A stretch of DNA of 64,000 nt from a virus, in the IMG/VR virus record IMGVR_UViG_3300025018_000102, positions 32,001-96,000 of that record; one strand, 5' to 3'. The notes under the pieces were generated by a model. That model saw nothing but the letters and a program-made list of their open reading frames with translations, made no database searches and was not told where the DNA came from. A program made the translations under genes and the position numbers. Below, piece after piece: positions 27,655-37,699 of this stretch (positions are counted from its first letter, which is position 1; every line of letters begins with the position of its first letter).

Positions 27655-28029
27655 TCATGGCGTCACCGAGCCATTGCTAAGCCCCATCCATGGAGGGATG
27701 TTCTTTCCGCAACTGTTGCATACGATCTTCGTGATTGGTGCATTCATGTGGTAGTCTCCTGTGCAGGCAACCATTGAATAGAGCGCGGCTCCGTACTTGT
27801 CAACGCTTTGGAAGCGAAAAGCTGCAATGGAGGTCTGGCGATGCACCGTGAACTCGATGTACTTCTTGCAGGAAAAGCAGTAAATGCTCGAGAACGGAAT
27901 ACGCTCTAGTCCTACGAGTGTGGCGTAAACGCAGGGATGGCAAATGGATGCCCCTGTGGCGTTTGCCACTACCTCGCGCTCACTGGAGCAGAACGAACAC
28001 TTGCCTTTGGCGGCCTCTAAGTTACTCAA
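27655..28029 (-). CDS. protein with ClpX-type C4 zinc finger plus additional CxxC pairs
   Basis: CSFCSS...GASICHPCV, CFSC, CNSC. Confidence 0.7.
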   Translation of the reverse strand: MSNLEAAKGKCSFCSSEREVVANATGASICHPCVYATLVGLERIPFSSIYCFSCKKYIEFTVHRQTSIAAFRFQSVDKYGAALYSMVACTGDYHMNAPITKIVCNSCGKNIPPWMGLSNGSVTP

Positions 28030-29431
28030 GGACTAGCAGCTCCCCGTCCTCTGTGAGGCCGATTTCAGATGTGGTCAACTCGTCTTCTACCTTGGCCTTG
28101 AGGTCATCAGGCTTGACATAGGACTCTGGGGCCGTCAGCGGTGACGCTGGCCCCGGTTGGTAGAAGGTCATGCGTGCGTAGTCCGTGTCGATGCGGATCG
28201 TCCTTGGGGCTGGCCCGTTGCGGTTCTTAGCCACCACAATACGCATCTCTCTCGCAGCCCGCTCCTCGGCTGTACAGGCGAGGAACATGGCTACGTCCGC
28301 GGTAAACAACTTGGCTACGGCGCCAGCCACAGAAGTCTCGTCCGGCGTCTCCATGGCCAATCCGCCGCGATTGAGTTGTGTGGCTGTCCAAATGGCACAG
28401 TTGAACTCTTTGGAGAGCCCGTGAAGCGACTTGGTGATGGCGTCCAACTCGTCGTGGCTGGAGGAATACGCTCTGGGAGACTTCACCAGATCGAGGTAGT
28501 CGATGAGGATGACGTCAGGAATGAAGCCCTGAGAAGCCAGGCGACGCAGGTAGGCGCGGATGGTGTCCGGAGTGGCCCCAAGGGCTGGGTACTCCTGGAT
28601 CATCAGTCCGCCCTTGTAGCGGCTGGTCAGTGGCGCGATGGCCTTGAATACGTCCTCGTTGTAGACCTTTAGTTCGTTGATCTTGATCTGTGCCAGAAGG
28701 GCATCGTACCGCTCAGCGATCTCTTCCTTAGAAAGTTCTAGCGTTATATACAGGACTTTCTTGTTCAAAATCAAGGCGGACTTTCCCAGCCATTCAAGAA
28801 AGATCGACTTACCACGACCTGTACCGCCCACGATGAGTCCGAGTTGCTTGGCTCGCAGCCCCCCGTACAGGACGTCATCCAAGTCCGGAATGCCTGTGGG
28901 ATACCTGGACTCGTACTCGGCGTTCTCACGGTTCGCGGTGCGCTCTTCAAGTTTGGCCATGTAGTCATAGCCCATGTCCAGCATGTGGATGCCCTTGTTG
29001 GTGGCCTCCTGCATCATGTCCGCGATCTCGTCGTACCTGCCTTCCTTCTGTAACTTCCATGCCTCCACCAGGGCCGTCTTAGTTGCCTGGGCGCGGATGA
29101 ACTTACCCAGCGTGTCCTGGATGTGCTTCTCTTCCACAGGGGCTGGAGGCATGGAGATGAGGCTGTAGTACTCTAGATATTTATCTATCTCATCTTCATG
29201 GATGACTTTGATCTTAGATGCCTTTACAAGCTCCTCCTGAATGGTGACCTTGGACAGGCAGTAGTCACTGGAGCGCATGGTGTCAAAGAACCACTGCATC
29301 GCTCGGTCTGAGAAGTTCTCAGCCGCAAGAGCGCTCGTAGCGATCTCCTGGAAGTCAGGATCAGCCAGCATGTAGCTCAGGATCTTGAGCTGGTACTCAC
29401 GCGTGTGAGTGAACTGGTCCTCCTCACTCAT
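28022..29431 (-). CDS. dnaB: replicative DnaB-family helicase
   Basis: Start re-called at 29431. PTGIPDLD, GGTGRGKS, ITLEL, IDYLDL, ATQLNR, AKNRNG. Confidence 0.95.
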   Translation of the reverse strand: MSEEDQFTHTREYQLKILSYMLADPDFQEIATSALAAENFSDRAMQWFFDTMRSSDYCLSKVTIQEELVKASKIKVIHEDEIDKYLEYYSLISMPPAPVEEKHIQDTLGKFIRAQATKTALVEAWKLQKEGRYDEIADMMQEATNKGIHMLDMGYDYMAKLEERTANRENAEYESRYPTGIPDLDDVLYGGLRAKQLGLIVGGTGRGKSIFLEWLGKSALILNKKVLYITLELSKEEIAERYDALLAQIKINELKVYNEDVFKAIAPLTSRYKGGLMIQEYPALGATPDTIRAYLRRLASQGFIPDVILIDYLDLVKSPRAYSSSHDELDAITKSLHGLSKEFNCAIWTATQLNRGGLAMETPDETSVAGAVAKLFTADVAMFLACTAEERAAREMRIVVAKNRNGPAPRTIRIDTDYARMTFYQPGPASPLTAPESYVKPDDLKAKVEDELTTSEIGLTEDGELLVLE

Positions 29432-29742
29432 TTGCTCTGAGTCTTCACTTCCACGATGTCGCACGCCATGCTGAGTACCGTCTTCTGGTCCGACTTGCGA
29501 ACAAGTCGGTAAACGCACTCGTTAGGTGTGGTGAAGTCCGATTCGATGAAGAAATCGCTCAGCGATTGCTCGCCATAAAACACGATCTCTTCTGCGCACA
29601 CCTCTCTGAATGTGGCGTGTGTGGGAGTGGTGAAAAACCACAACCAAAACCCTAGGTCATCGAAGGGCGGGGAAGTCACCTCACACCGCCATACCTTCAT
29701 GGATGAGCCTGGGGCAAGAAGTACTGTTGGAATGTTTATCAT
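29428..29742 (-). CDS. hypothetical protein
   Basis: 4-nt overlaps on both sides. Confidence 0.6.
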   Translation of the reverse strand: MINIPTVLLAPGSSMKVWRCEVTSPPFDDLGFWLWFFTTPTHATFREVCAEEIVFYGEQSLSDFFIESDFTTPNECVYRLVRKSDQKTVLSMACDIVEVKTQSK

Positions 29743-30362
29743 GTGCCCATCACCTCAGCGTATGCAGGATCGATACTCGTGTATTCTTTAGGGAAAGCCA
29801 CTAGGCCGGTCTTGACGAGGCGCTCGTAGACTTCCTTACGTGTCATGCCCTGAGCTTTACACAGAGCCCTCATACGGGCGTCCGTGGACTTGAGTAGGGC
29901 GGGAAGTTCCATGTGGTACTCGGGAGCCCGCACAGCCCTGCTGGTGCCCACGTACTCCTTGGCCCGTTGAATGGCCTTGGGAGTGGCAAGGTGCTTGACC
30001 TCGGGGGCCTTTCCAAAGGCCTTGGAGAAGAAGTCAAACTGGGCCCGAAGGTACGTCTCGGCATCTTGGCCAGAGGCCACTCGAGCTTCCTCCACTCGCC
30101 GCCACAGATCGAAACTCTTCGGGCTACGGGACTTGGGAATGAGGTACTGCTTATCTCCTGTGTAGTCAGACGCCATGGATTGCCACGCAGCTCGGAGGGC
30201 TGCTTCCTGGGTCATCTCGCCGTTCAGCTCGCCACGCATGAGGGCTTTGGCCTCATCGACCACCTCACGCGCCCCTGCGTCGTGAAGGTCCATGAAGCGA
30301 GACGCCTGGAGGGTGCTCTGAATGCGCTTTTTCCGAATCTTCTCTGCAATTTCGCTCTTCAC
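29739..30362 (-). CDS. hypothetical protein in replication module
   Basis: 207-aa helical ORF with coupled overlaps. Confidence 0.7.
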   Translation of the reverse strand: MKSEIAEKIRKKRIQSTLQASRFMDLHDAGAREVVDEAKALMRGELNGEMTQEAALRAAWQSMASDYTGDKQYLIPKSRSPKSFDLWRRVEEARVASGQDAETYLRAQFDFFSKAFGKAPEVKHLATPKAIQRAKEYVGTSRAVRAPEYHMELPALLKSTDARMRALCKAQGMTRKEVYERLVKTGLVAFPKEYTSIDPAYAEVMGT

Positions 30363-30820
30363 CAGGTGTCCTTTATCGCCTTGTACGCCTTGGAGATCTC
30401 CGCCATCTGATCATCGGACCCTCCGAGATCTGGATGATAGAGCTTGGAAAGGCAACGGTAGGCAGCCTTGACCAACTCGGGAGGTGCGGTGCTCAGCAGG
30501 AGCAATGAGCCATAGTGGCCCTTGGCCCCCTCCCTGTCAACCTCGGTGAGGCGCTCCCTCGCAAAGGATTCCCACTCTTGTATGAGGGGGCGTATTCGCG
30601 CCACTAGGTATGGGGGTAGGGCTGAGTAGTCGACATCCAGTCCAGCCAACGCAGCCCTTCGAGCCATGCCGAGGCACTGGGAGTGGTGGAGGTAGATCCA
30701 GTCACGGTCCATGTCCCAGCCGGAGTCCTTAGGCTGGAGCCTCAGATGGGTGACTATAGCGGAGGGCACGTCGGCTCGCCTGAGCTTGAACACTTTTCCG
30801 TTGTGGGCTTCAAACTTCAT
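30359..30820 (-). CDS. J-domain (DnaJ-like) protein
   Basis: C-terminal LVKAAYRCLSKLYHPDLGGSDDQMAEISKAY with intact HPD. Confidence 0.85.
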   Translation of the reverse strand: MKFEAHNGKVFKLRRADVPSAIVTHLRLQPKDSGWDMDRDWIYLHHSQCLGMARRAALAGLDVDYSALPPYLVARIRPLIQEWESFARERLTEVDREGAKGHYGSLLLLSTAPPELVKAAYRCLSKLYHPDLGGSDDQMAEISKAYKAIKDTW

Positions 30821-31260
30821 CGCAGTAATACTTCCTCCGTGGTCCTATAGGGCCTATGCCTCGTTCCTGCAAACCCTGCAACCGATCCAGGACGCCTCAG
30901 GCCTTTTCCTCCCTGGTCCCCAGTGATCTCGGGGCCCGGATCGATGGAGAACGCACTGAACTTTCGGCATCGTCCGATCGCGTGATACGGAATCGTCGCC
31001 TGCATGGACTCAGCAGAACTTGTGCGCTGCTGGAAACCGAACGGAGTCACCTGGACGACCATGACTCCCTCTTCTGGCCTATTGACCACCACCCATGCAA
31101 CGAAGCGTGAGAGATCGCCTCCCTCGTTCTTCTGGGGAGTCAACGGAACCGTGTAGTAGGCGTTACCGGACTTGTGGCGGGCGCGCCTTAGGGAGAGGCC
31201 GAGCCTCATCCATACTTGAAGTTCATCGGCGGGGGCGAGTTGGGATACATGAATAGCCAT
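30817..31260 (-). CDS. hypothetical protein
   Basis: ORF with AGGA RBS. Confidence 0.65.
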   Translation of the reverse strand: MAIHVSQLAPADELQVWMRLGLSLRRARHKSGNAYYTVPLTPQKNEGGDLSRFVAWVVVNRPEEGVMVVQVTPFGFQQRTSSAESMQATIPYHAIGRCRKFSAFSIDPGPEITGDQGGKGLRRPGSVAGFAGTRHRPYRTTEEVLLR

Positions 31261-31271
31261 TTCCTATTGTA

Positions 31272-31649
31272 TCAAATATCGAAGGGCTCTATGAGGTAGA
31301 TTCCCTGGCGCGGGCCCTTTTTCTCATAGCCCCAGTGCCCGTTGAGCACGCCGTAAGCCACTTTAGAGCGAACGATGGCAGAGGAGAAGGCGTTGAACAG
31401 ACATGGATACTGAATGCCTGTCACTGTATCCTCCCAGAATATGTGGGCCGAGGCGGCGGAAGCGTAGCACTTGACGATCTCTAGTGCCCCGAAGAATGTA
31501 TCGTCTGGGTCCTTGTAGGAGTACTTCTTCTCCAGCCAATGTCGATCCTCCTCGTTGGCCCAGGTACCCTCAGGCTTCTCAATCATCACTTTCCCGTCTA
31601 GGGTAAAGGCAACTTTCCACATCCTGGGCTGTTCAGGTCTCTCCTGCAT
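31272..31649 (-). CDS. hypothetical protein
   Basis: Probable start MQERPEQ overlapping the helicase end. Confidence 0.6.
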   Translation of the reverse strand: MQERPEQPRMWKVAFTLDGKVMIEKPEGTWANEEDRHWLEKKYSYKDPDDTFFGALEIVKCYASAASAHIFWEDTVTGIQYPCLFNAFSSAIVRSKVAYGVLNGHWGYEKKGPRQGIYLIEPFDI

Positions 31650-34600
31650 CTTCGTATCTCTTCCATTGGGCTTCCCACAACTTCGCAACTAGTTCCTTGT
31701 CCGGAGATGAGTTATGAATGGGGAAGCATTTCTCTGCTTCGTAGTCCGCAAGTCTCGTAAGACTATGTTCTATTAGGAACTTATGACACATATTTGCGAA
31801 CTCTACAACAATGAGACGCTTTCCTCGAAGTCCACGGCCTAGTCTCTGCAAGGTACGGATCTTGCTCTTCTTGGATCCTGCGAGGACAAGGGCATCGATC
31901 GAGTTTATGCTGACTCCTTCATCAAGGATGGTGTTGTGGGCACATACACCAAAACCTGCGTAGAACCTCTCCACACCGGCTACAGACAGGTCGTACACTG
32001 TCTCATCTCCTCTATCCAGGTCTTGCACTGATGAAATGGCCCTCGTTAGTTCTCTCGTGGGCTGATCTCGGGTCTTTTTTAGTTCGTAACCAAAGATATC
32101 GCTTTGGCATCTAACCACAAATTTCTTATGGCTTGGAGTAACAGTCCTGCCGGTTGAGTTGGTGTGGGGGCTTCGCACAATTTTGTCGTGGGTAACACTG
32201 CACTTCTTTCCTAAAGACATCAGTAAGTAATGTATGCCTACTGCCAAAGGTCTGCTAACGGTGATGAAATTAACTGACTTAGCCCTACCGTGATCTCTGT
32301 GTCCATCTCCTAGGAAATGCCCAAATAAGAATGCCTCCCTAACGGATGGAGTGGAGTTCCACACGAAATCAGGCACTCTCTTAGAGTCTGCTTTACCTCC
32401 TACCCTAAGAACGTCTTGAAAAAAGTGGTAAACAAGTCTCTCTCGCCATAGCATCTGTATGGAATTTTCCGTTATAGGAGGAAGGTCTATTTGCTGCAAG
32501 GCTTTTCGGACAAATTCTCTTATTTTTGCCTTGTCGCTAAATCCTTCCCGAGTATCCAGAGGACAGTCCTCCATAGCTGCGATGGAACTTTGGGCGACAG
32601 TTGCCCGACTGTGGGTACACCCCTCCGCTACGAAGACACCCGCAAGGAGGGCCAGATCCTCTGTTACTGCCATCTTAATCGGAAGACTTCCCCCGTTGCT
32701 CCGACGCCAAGTGAGTCGGGGGACTACCCCAATACGTTCAAGATAGTCATAGTCTTCACAAGAAGATTCTTTTCTCGCTAGTGTTTTCTTTCCCGTGTTG
32801 TGCGTGCAAGAAAGGTACTTCTCACAGTCTGCTCTGGCCTGGTCAAGATCCTCCCAACGGGCTTCTACCCAGGCTTGTCGACGAGCGTTAGTCTCCTTAC
32901 TGGACCCTCGTTGGCCGTCCAGCCACTTCAACGCCCCCTTACAAGATGAGCGAACGCTTTTGAGGTGATAGGGACGGGCGCCCATAACTTCCACTTGTAC
33001 ATTAGACAGCGGCAGGAGATCTTTGGCAAGGTCTAGGAACTGGATTTCCCCGTCAAGTTCGCAGGATAGAGCTGCGTGAATGTTGCCTCCCTCGCGCGGA
33101 AGTGTAGGGGCATAGTCGTCCCCAATAAGCGCATGGTTTTCCGTAGTAACGACATTTACGCCACTGCGTAGCCTTGTCTCTACCAACGGTACCCCGTTAC
33201 GGGGATGGGCCACTACGCCTGTAACGGGCTGCCAACAATCTTTACCGTCGGCATTGCGAGTCCAGCACTCGTACTCGTGCTCCGCGTACAGGTTGTCTAC
33301 AAAATCTCCTATCTCTACAAGTTCGACTCTTGTATTCAGGTGGCGGACTAGTACAAGTTCCTCATAAGGCAGCGAGGAGGAAACTAGGACAGGCACTTCT
33401 CTGTTGGAGAAATCCTCGATGGCTTTGGCCCGTACTTCTCCGGTCTCCTTCCCAGATATGAACTGGTGAGGAATGAAGCGGCCATCCACTTTGGTCCATA
33501 AATCGTCATCGATTCGTTTTCCATGGGCGATCTCCTCGACCAGGACTAGCGTGCTCAGGCCCAGATCAGTAAGCACTTTCACCCACTCAAGAACCTTCTC
33601 ATGCTGCTGGGCGTTCTGTGAGGTGCCCTCTTTGTACACTGTCTGATAGGGGAGTCGAGTGGGGAGCAAAGGCTCCGTGACCGCGTCAAAGATGATGTCG
33701 GCCTTGGGAATGACGAACAGGTCCACCAGCTGGGCGTTGGTGATTTCAAAAACGATCTCGCCCGTGGTACCGATGAGGCGCATGTTGGCCCCATCCGTGC
33801 GGTCGACTGGGGTTCCGCTCATAGCGAACCGATAGAACGCGGGGCAAGACATCATGACAGAGTGCCACGTGTCGCTTCCTGCGTTGTGGCACTCGTCTGC
33901 AAACATGACGTCTACGGACTCCAAGAACTCCTTGCAGTACTTCTCCTTGCGGCGGGATACGAGCGTATCCGGGGACACAATAGTGACGAGCGTGCCAGGC
34001 TCCCACACCCCGTCGCCGATGACGCCAATCTCCTTGTCACCAAGCCCCATCAACTCTTTGAAACTCTTGCGGGCTTGGTAGATCAGCTCCTTGGTGGACA
34101 CCATGTACATGGTTGGGAGGCCTAGGTACTTGATGTACGCAATGGCGATGAAGGTATTGTGAGTAACTGTGTAGTCCTCAAGAAGAAATCTTCCGTCACC
34201 ATCCAGGGTGAACCCATAGTAGGTGCCCTCTCCTATCTCCTCGACTGAGAAACTCGTTCTGGAACTATGAGAATGAGTGAGAGTGCACTGCTTTCGTTTT
34301 AGCTTGCAAGGAGGCTTTTCCCCTCTAGGGGCCCCCAAGTACAATCGCCAATAAGTTGTCCCTCTCACAACCTTAGCCACAGGTAGCGCGCAGCCCCACC
34401 CAAGAGATCTGACTAGAGAGTATATTTTGTCAATATAATCTCGGCTCTTTTGGGTTATTGAGTATCCTTTACCATCATAGTGCCCGTCACTATCGATCAG
34501 CCCAGCTAGAAACTCCATCCTCTTTTCTTTGGAATTGATCAAAAAAGGAGTCCAGTCAGATACAGAGGATCTCAGGGCTTCCAGGAGGGGGTTCGGCTGG

Positions 34601-35556
34601 CCACGTGCAGTCGTGAGCGCCCATGTGTGTATGTGTTCCTTGCCCTCTCTGTTCTCTCTGTCCGAGATGTTTGTTTCCCACAAATCCGCGGTACGCCTAA
34701 GTAGTTCCGTCGTCTCCTTATCTACGGTAGTAATGTGGAACACAGCAGGTCTCGAATGCTTGTCAAGAGATTTTGTGCCGTCTCCTACCCACATCCCAAA
34801 GAGATACGGGTCTAGCGGGGTTGAGCACTCAGGGTAGTCAACAGCTACTGAAAAGTGCTTGTACCTATGCTTGAAATCACTAGACTTTTCTAAGTACTTA
34901 TTGAGCGGAATATCGACGACTTCGTTTTGCGTGAGGGCAGTACTAGTATCCTGTAGTGTCAAGACGTGTGCGTCGTTGCACACGTAACTCATCCCCTTTC
35001 TCTGAGAGATCCTGAATAGGGGCCCAACCCCCACACAAGTGCTCATGACCCGCCTGGGTTTGGAGTCCGGCCCCATAAGAAGATCTCCCTCCACTATGTC
35101 TTGCACCGCCTTCACAGTGCCGTCAAACATTCTAATCGGGGTATCCTCTCCAAGACACTTTCCAGCACCGGTCGCCGCCTTCACGATGCCTTGCTTGGCC
35201 CGGATCATGGCGTCCACGCAGTCCTGCTGATACGAGTACTTGCCCGTCATCTGCACGCCAATGAGCGGCTCCGTGTCTCGCTTAGGCTCTGGCTCTTCGG
35301 AGAAGTCAAATAGGTGTACTGTGTGGCCTTCCTCCTCGAGTCCAGCCTTTACGTACTCTGTGAGCCCTGTGGGAAACTTCTGGCTTCGCTTGTCGAATAG
35401 GTGCTTCCGGCCATCCCACTGACCCTTGCGGTACGACGGGCTGAACTCTGCACCCTCCACAGGGTAGGAGGTCAGTTCTCGCACGAGTGCAAGAGGGAAG
35501 GGCCCCTTGATCTTGGCCATGGGGCCAAATCGATAGATCTCAATCGCTTCAGTCAT
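31633..35556 (-). CDS. SF2 (UvsW-like, DExH) helicase containing two inteins; spliced product about 492 aa
   Basis: ATGAGK|T, FADECH, MSGTP, VLVSS|TILDEGVSI, QRLGRGLR. Confidence 0.95.
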   Translation of the reverse strand: MTEAIEIYRFGPMAKIKGPFPLALVRELTSYPVEGAEFSPSYRKGQWDGRKHLFDKRSQKFPTGLTEYVKAGLEEEGHTVHLFDFSEEPEPKRDTEPLIGVQMTGKYSYQQDCVDAMIRAKQGIVKAATGAGKCLGEDTPIRMFDGTVKAVQDIVEGDLLMGPDSKPRRVMSTCVGVGPLFRISQRKGMSYVCNDAHVLTLQDTSTALTQNEVVDIPLNKYLEKSSDFKHRYKHFSVAVDYPECSTPLDPYLFGMWVGDGTKSLDKHSRPAVFHITTVDKETTELLRRTADLWETNISDRENREGKEHIHTWALTTARGQPNPLLEALRSSVSDWTPFLINSKEKRMEFLAGLIDSDGHYDGKGYSITQKSRDYIDKIYSLVRSLGWGCALPVAKVVRGTTYWRLYLGAPRGEKPPCKLKRKQCTLTHSHSSRTSFSVEEIGEGTYYGFTLDGDGRFLLEDYTVTHNTFIAIAYIKYLGLPTMYMVSTKELIYQARKSFKELMGLGDKEIGVIGDGVWEPGTLVTIVSPDTLVSRRKEKYCKEFLESVDVMFADECHNAGSDTWHSVMMSCPAFYRFAMSGTPVDRTDGANMRLIGTTGEIVFEITNAQLVDLFVIPKADIIFDAVTEPLLPTRLPYQTVYKEGTSQNAQQHEKVLEWVKVLTDLGLSTLVLVEEIAHGKRIDDDLWTKVDGRFIPHQFISGKETGEVRAKAIEDFSNREVPVLVSSSLPYEELVLVRHLNTRVELVEIGDFVDNLYAEHEYECWTRNADGKDCWQPVTGVVAHPRNGVPLVETRLRSGVNVVTTENHALIGDDYAPTLPREGGNIHAALSCELDGEIQFLDLAKDLLPLSNVQVEVMGARPYHLKSVRSSCKGALKWLDGQRGSSKETNARRQAWVEARWEDLDQARADCEKYLSCTHNTGKKTLARKESSCEDYDYLERIGVVPRLTWRRSNGGSLPIKMAVTEDLALLAGVFVAEGCTHSRATVAQSSIAAMEDCPLDTREGFSDKAKIREFVRKALQQIDLPPITENSIQMLWRERLVYHFFQDVLRVGGKADSKRVPDFVWNSTPSVREAFLFGHFLGDGHRDHGRAKSVNFITVSRPLAVGIHYLLMSLGKKCSVTHDKIVRSPHTNSTGRTVTPSHKKFVVRCQSDIFGYELKKTRDQPTRELTRAISSVQDLDRGDETVYDLSVAGVERFYAGFGVCAHNTILDEGVSINSIDALVLAGSKKSKIRTLQRLGRGLRGKRLIVVEFANMCHKFLIEHSLTRLADYEAEKCFPIHNSSPDKELVAKLWEAQWKRYEDAGET
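31933..33375 (-). mobile_element. intein 2 (481 aa, LAGLIDADG endonuclease) in helicase motif V
   Basis: Starts SLPYEELV; block B TTENH; LLAGVFVAEG and FLFGHFLGDG; block F VYDLSV; ends CAHN followed by T. Confidence 0.92.
34156..35157 (-). mobile_element. intein 1 (334 aa, LAGLIDADG endonuclease) in the Walker A loop
   Basis: Starts CLGEDT; block B CNDAH; YLFGMWVGDG and FLAGLIDSDG; YYGFTLDG; ends VTHN followed by T. Confidence 0.95.
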
Positions 35557-36034
35557 CTAGTTTCTTTATCAGCGAGCTGGCCGGAAGCAGCCCTTGTCCC
35601 ACATTCTTCAGGTAGAAGTCAGTACCCGGAGTCCACTCGTGCACGTCACCTTCAGTCATGAACTTCTTGAATGCCCACGGGTTGCACACAATGACTCGAG
35701 GCTCCTTCATGGATCGCCAGAACACGCCAGCTTGTATGGACTCTTTCCGATTCTGAGCCCTGAAGTACAAGTAGAGCAGTTCCGAGTCTGGAATGACCTC
35801 ATCAAAAATCTGGTGCACCCTGTGCGCGAGGATGGTCATGCAGTTCTGGTTGCGGTGACACGGCCCACTGAGGCACAAAAGCTCTCCTAGTTGTGGTTCG
35901 CCCTCAATGAGCAATGAGCACTCAGGGTACACATCCTTGAGGCGCATGAAGGCCGTCTTGCCTTGAAAGACGACGTAGTATGCGCTATTGGGGGATGTGC
36001 TCATTGTCTCTACGTAATATGAGAATAGCCTCAT
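35549..36034 (-). CDS. hypothetical protein
   Basis: Packed ORF upstream of the helicase. Confidence 0.65.
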   Translation of the reverse strand: MRLFSYYVETMSTSPNSAYYVVFQGKTAFMRLKDVYPECSLLIEGEPQLGELLCLSGPCHRNQNCMTILAHRVHQIFDEVIPDSELLYLYFRAQNRKESIQAGVFWRSMKEPRVIVCNPWAFKKFMTEGDVHEWTPGTDFYLKNVGQGLLPASSLIKKLDD

Positions 36035-36365
36035 TCACGTCGTCCACAAACATTATGTTGGTGCCGGATACTACTGGGTACATGAAGTACGTCTCGTTGA
36101 CGTCTTCAGTCTCGAATCGAGCATCCCAGTAGTGGTAGTCCTCAAACCGGTGAACGTCCGCAATGATGCGCCACTTTCCTAGGTGATCTTCGTCTTTGCT
36201 CCATACCACCAAGTTGACGTCGCACTCAGCGTAGTACCAAGTTGCCTCAAGATCTACGGTAACTTCGAAGTCTCGAAGGTCGATGGGCTCTTGAGAGGGA
36301 GTGTGCGACAGAGCGCGGTCCTGGTCGTCTTCTTCCAGGGTGGAAAGAAAATAACTCTCCATCAC
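35985..36365 (-). CDS. hypothetical protein
   Basis: Overlaps the endolysin stop. Confidence 0.6.
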   Translation of the reverse strand: MMESYFLSTLEEDDQDRALSHTPSQEPIDLRDFEVTVDLEATWYYAECDVNLVVWSKDEDHLGKWRIIADVHRFEDYHYWDARFETEDVNETYFMYPVVSGTNIMFVDDVNEAILILRRDNEHIPQ

Positions 36366-37228
36366 TCGGCCTCAACAAGCCCACGGAGTCGCTCCAACTC
36401 CATAGCCATGGTATCTATGGCAGACAACTTGGCGCTCTTGTAGTCCGGTTTCGTCTCTGAGACTGGATGAGCAGCCACTCGAGAGCCTTGGCAAAATGCG
36501 ATGAGTTCGGTGCCATCCCCGGCGAAGAAGTTGCAATCGATGGGCTTATCGTACCCAGCCACTTTCCCCTCGCCAGTGAACTGCCAAATCGTGGGCGTAG
36601 TCCACGGAAAAGGATTGCCGGCCTTGTCTGCGGGCAGCCTGGGCCGTGAGGTGTGGACATTTTTGGTGTAAGACGGGGTCCACAGGGGGTACTTGGCATA
36701 CTCAGCTGCAAACTCAGGCTCGGCTTGGCTCATCCACCAGTGAAACGTCTGCCCCGTGTACAGCATTGGGCGAACTCCCCATATAGACTCTAGACTCACA
36801 AGGCACTCAAGAAGTTCCTCGTGAACTTGGTGAATGGGCATCACCTTGCCAGAGCCGTTGTATACTCCCCCAGGCAGGTTCAAACTGGCTCCGTCCTCAA
36901 AGTCAACTGCAGGAGGAAGGTGAAGACCTGGCTTGTATCCTGCGCTGGAGAGAAGTTTAGACATTGACTCGGCCTGCGAGTGCCCGTCTCGGTCGGCTCG
37001 AAAGTAGTGGTAAGATCCCGGAATAACACCATCATGGGCCTCGGTCTCTTGGAAGAACTTCTTGAAGGTAGGATCTGTGTCCTTTCCATCGCCGGTTCTG
37101 GCTATACAGAACTGTAAGGAGGCATTGCTCTCAAACACCTGCTTCAGGTCGATGCCCATCTGCCACTTGGACACGTCGATGCCTAGGGTGCGGCCCTTAC
37201 TGAACTCTACTGCTACTCTTTTTGCCAT
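36362..37228 (-). CDS. endolysin, GH25 muramidase
   Basis: GIDVSKWQ, GSYHYF, PPAVDFE (DxE), PMLYT, IWQFT, IDCN. Confidence 0.92.
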   Translation of the reverse strand: MAKRVAVEFSKGRTLGIDVSKWQMGIDLKQVFESNASLQFCIARTGDGKDTDPTFKKFFQETEAHDGVIPGSYHYFRADRDGHSQAESMSKLLSSAGYKPGLHLPPAVDFEDGASLNLPGGVYNGSGKVMPIHQVHEELLECLVSLESIWGVRPMLYTGQTFHWWMSQAEPEFAAEYAKYPLWTPSYTKNVHTSRPRLPADKAGNPFPWTTPTIWQFTGEGKVAGYDKPIDCNFFAGDGTELIAFCQGSRVAAHPVSETKPDYKSAKLSAIDTMAMELERLRGLVEAE

Positions 37229-37699
37229 TTAGTCTCCAGTAACGGAAATCGTTACAACGATAGACACTATAGCGACGGCCAACGCAGACGCAAGCCCCCA
37301 TCCGAGCCATTTTGATATCTCGGGCTTGTTTTCGGCTTCTAGGCGAAGTCGGTTCTCCTCAACCCATTGGGCCTCTAGACGATTCCGCTCAGACTGTAGT
37401 ATGTCGATGTCAGCCAGGGAAGAGTCATAAGCCTGGCTCAGGAGCCCACGTGCGCGCTCTGACAGCTCGAGAGAGCGCTCCAAGTTGGCTACTAGGGCAC
37501 GAGTGGCCACGAGGTCGAAATCGAGCACTAGGAGGCTCCTGAAGCCTCCTAGGTCGAATGCCTCATATCGGACTCCATCAATCTGGGTCGTTCGGTGCTC
37601 CGGGAAGTCCGGGCTCGGTTGGGCGTAGGTAGGCGTCGATATCATCCCAAGAAGTGAGACTATCAAGGCGAGCACGGCTCTCTTGGTACTTTTCAGCAT
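37229..37699 (-). CDS. spanin-like or lysis accessory protein (signal peptide, coiled coil, C-terminal TM)
   Basis: Hydrophobic N- and C-termini; abuts the endolysin; overlaps the upstream gene by 122 nt. Confidence 0.55.
   Translation of the reverse strand: MLKSTKRAVLALIVSLLGMISTPTYAQPSPDFPEHRTTQIDGVRYEAFDLGGFRSLLVLDFDLVATRALVANLERSLELSERARGLLSQAYDSSLADIDILQSERNRLEAQWVEENRLRLEAENKPEISKWLGWGLASALAVAIVSIVVTISVTGD

Noticed and set aside
29432-29518. Long N-terminal extensions in the ORF track for dnaB (also dNMP kinase to 11558 and 23998..24384)
   Set aside because: They overlap upstream genes; internal ATGs give 4-nt translational coupling and typical family N-termini.
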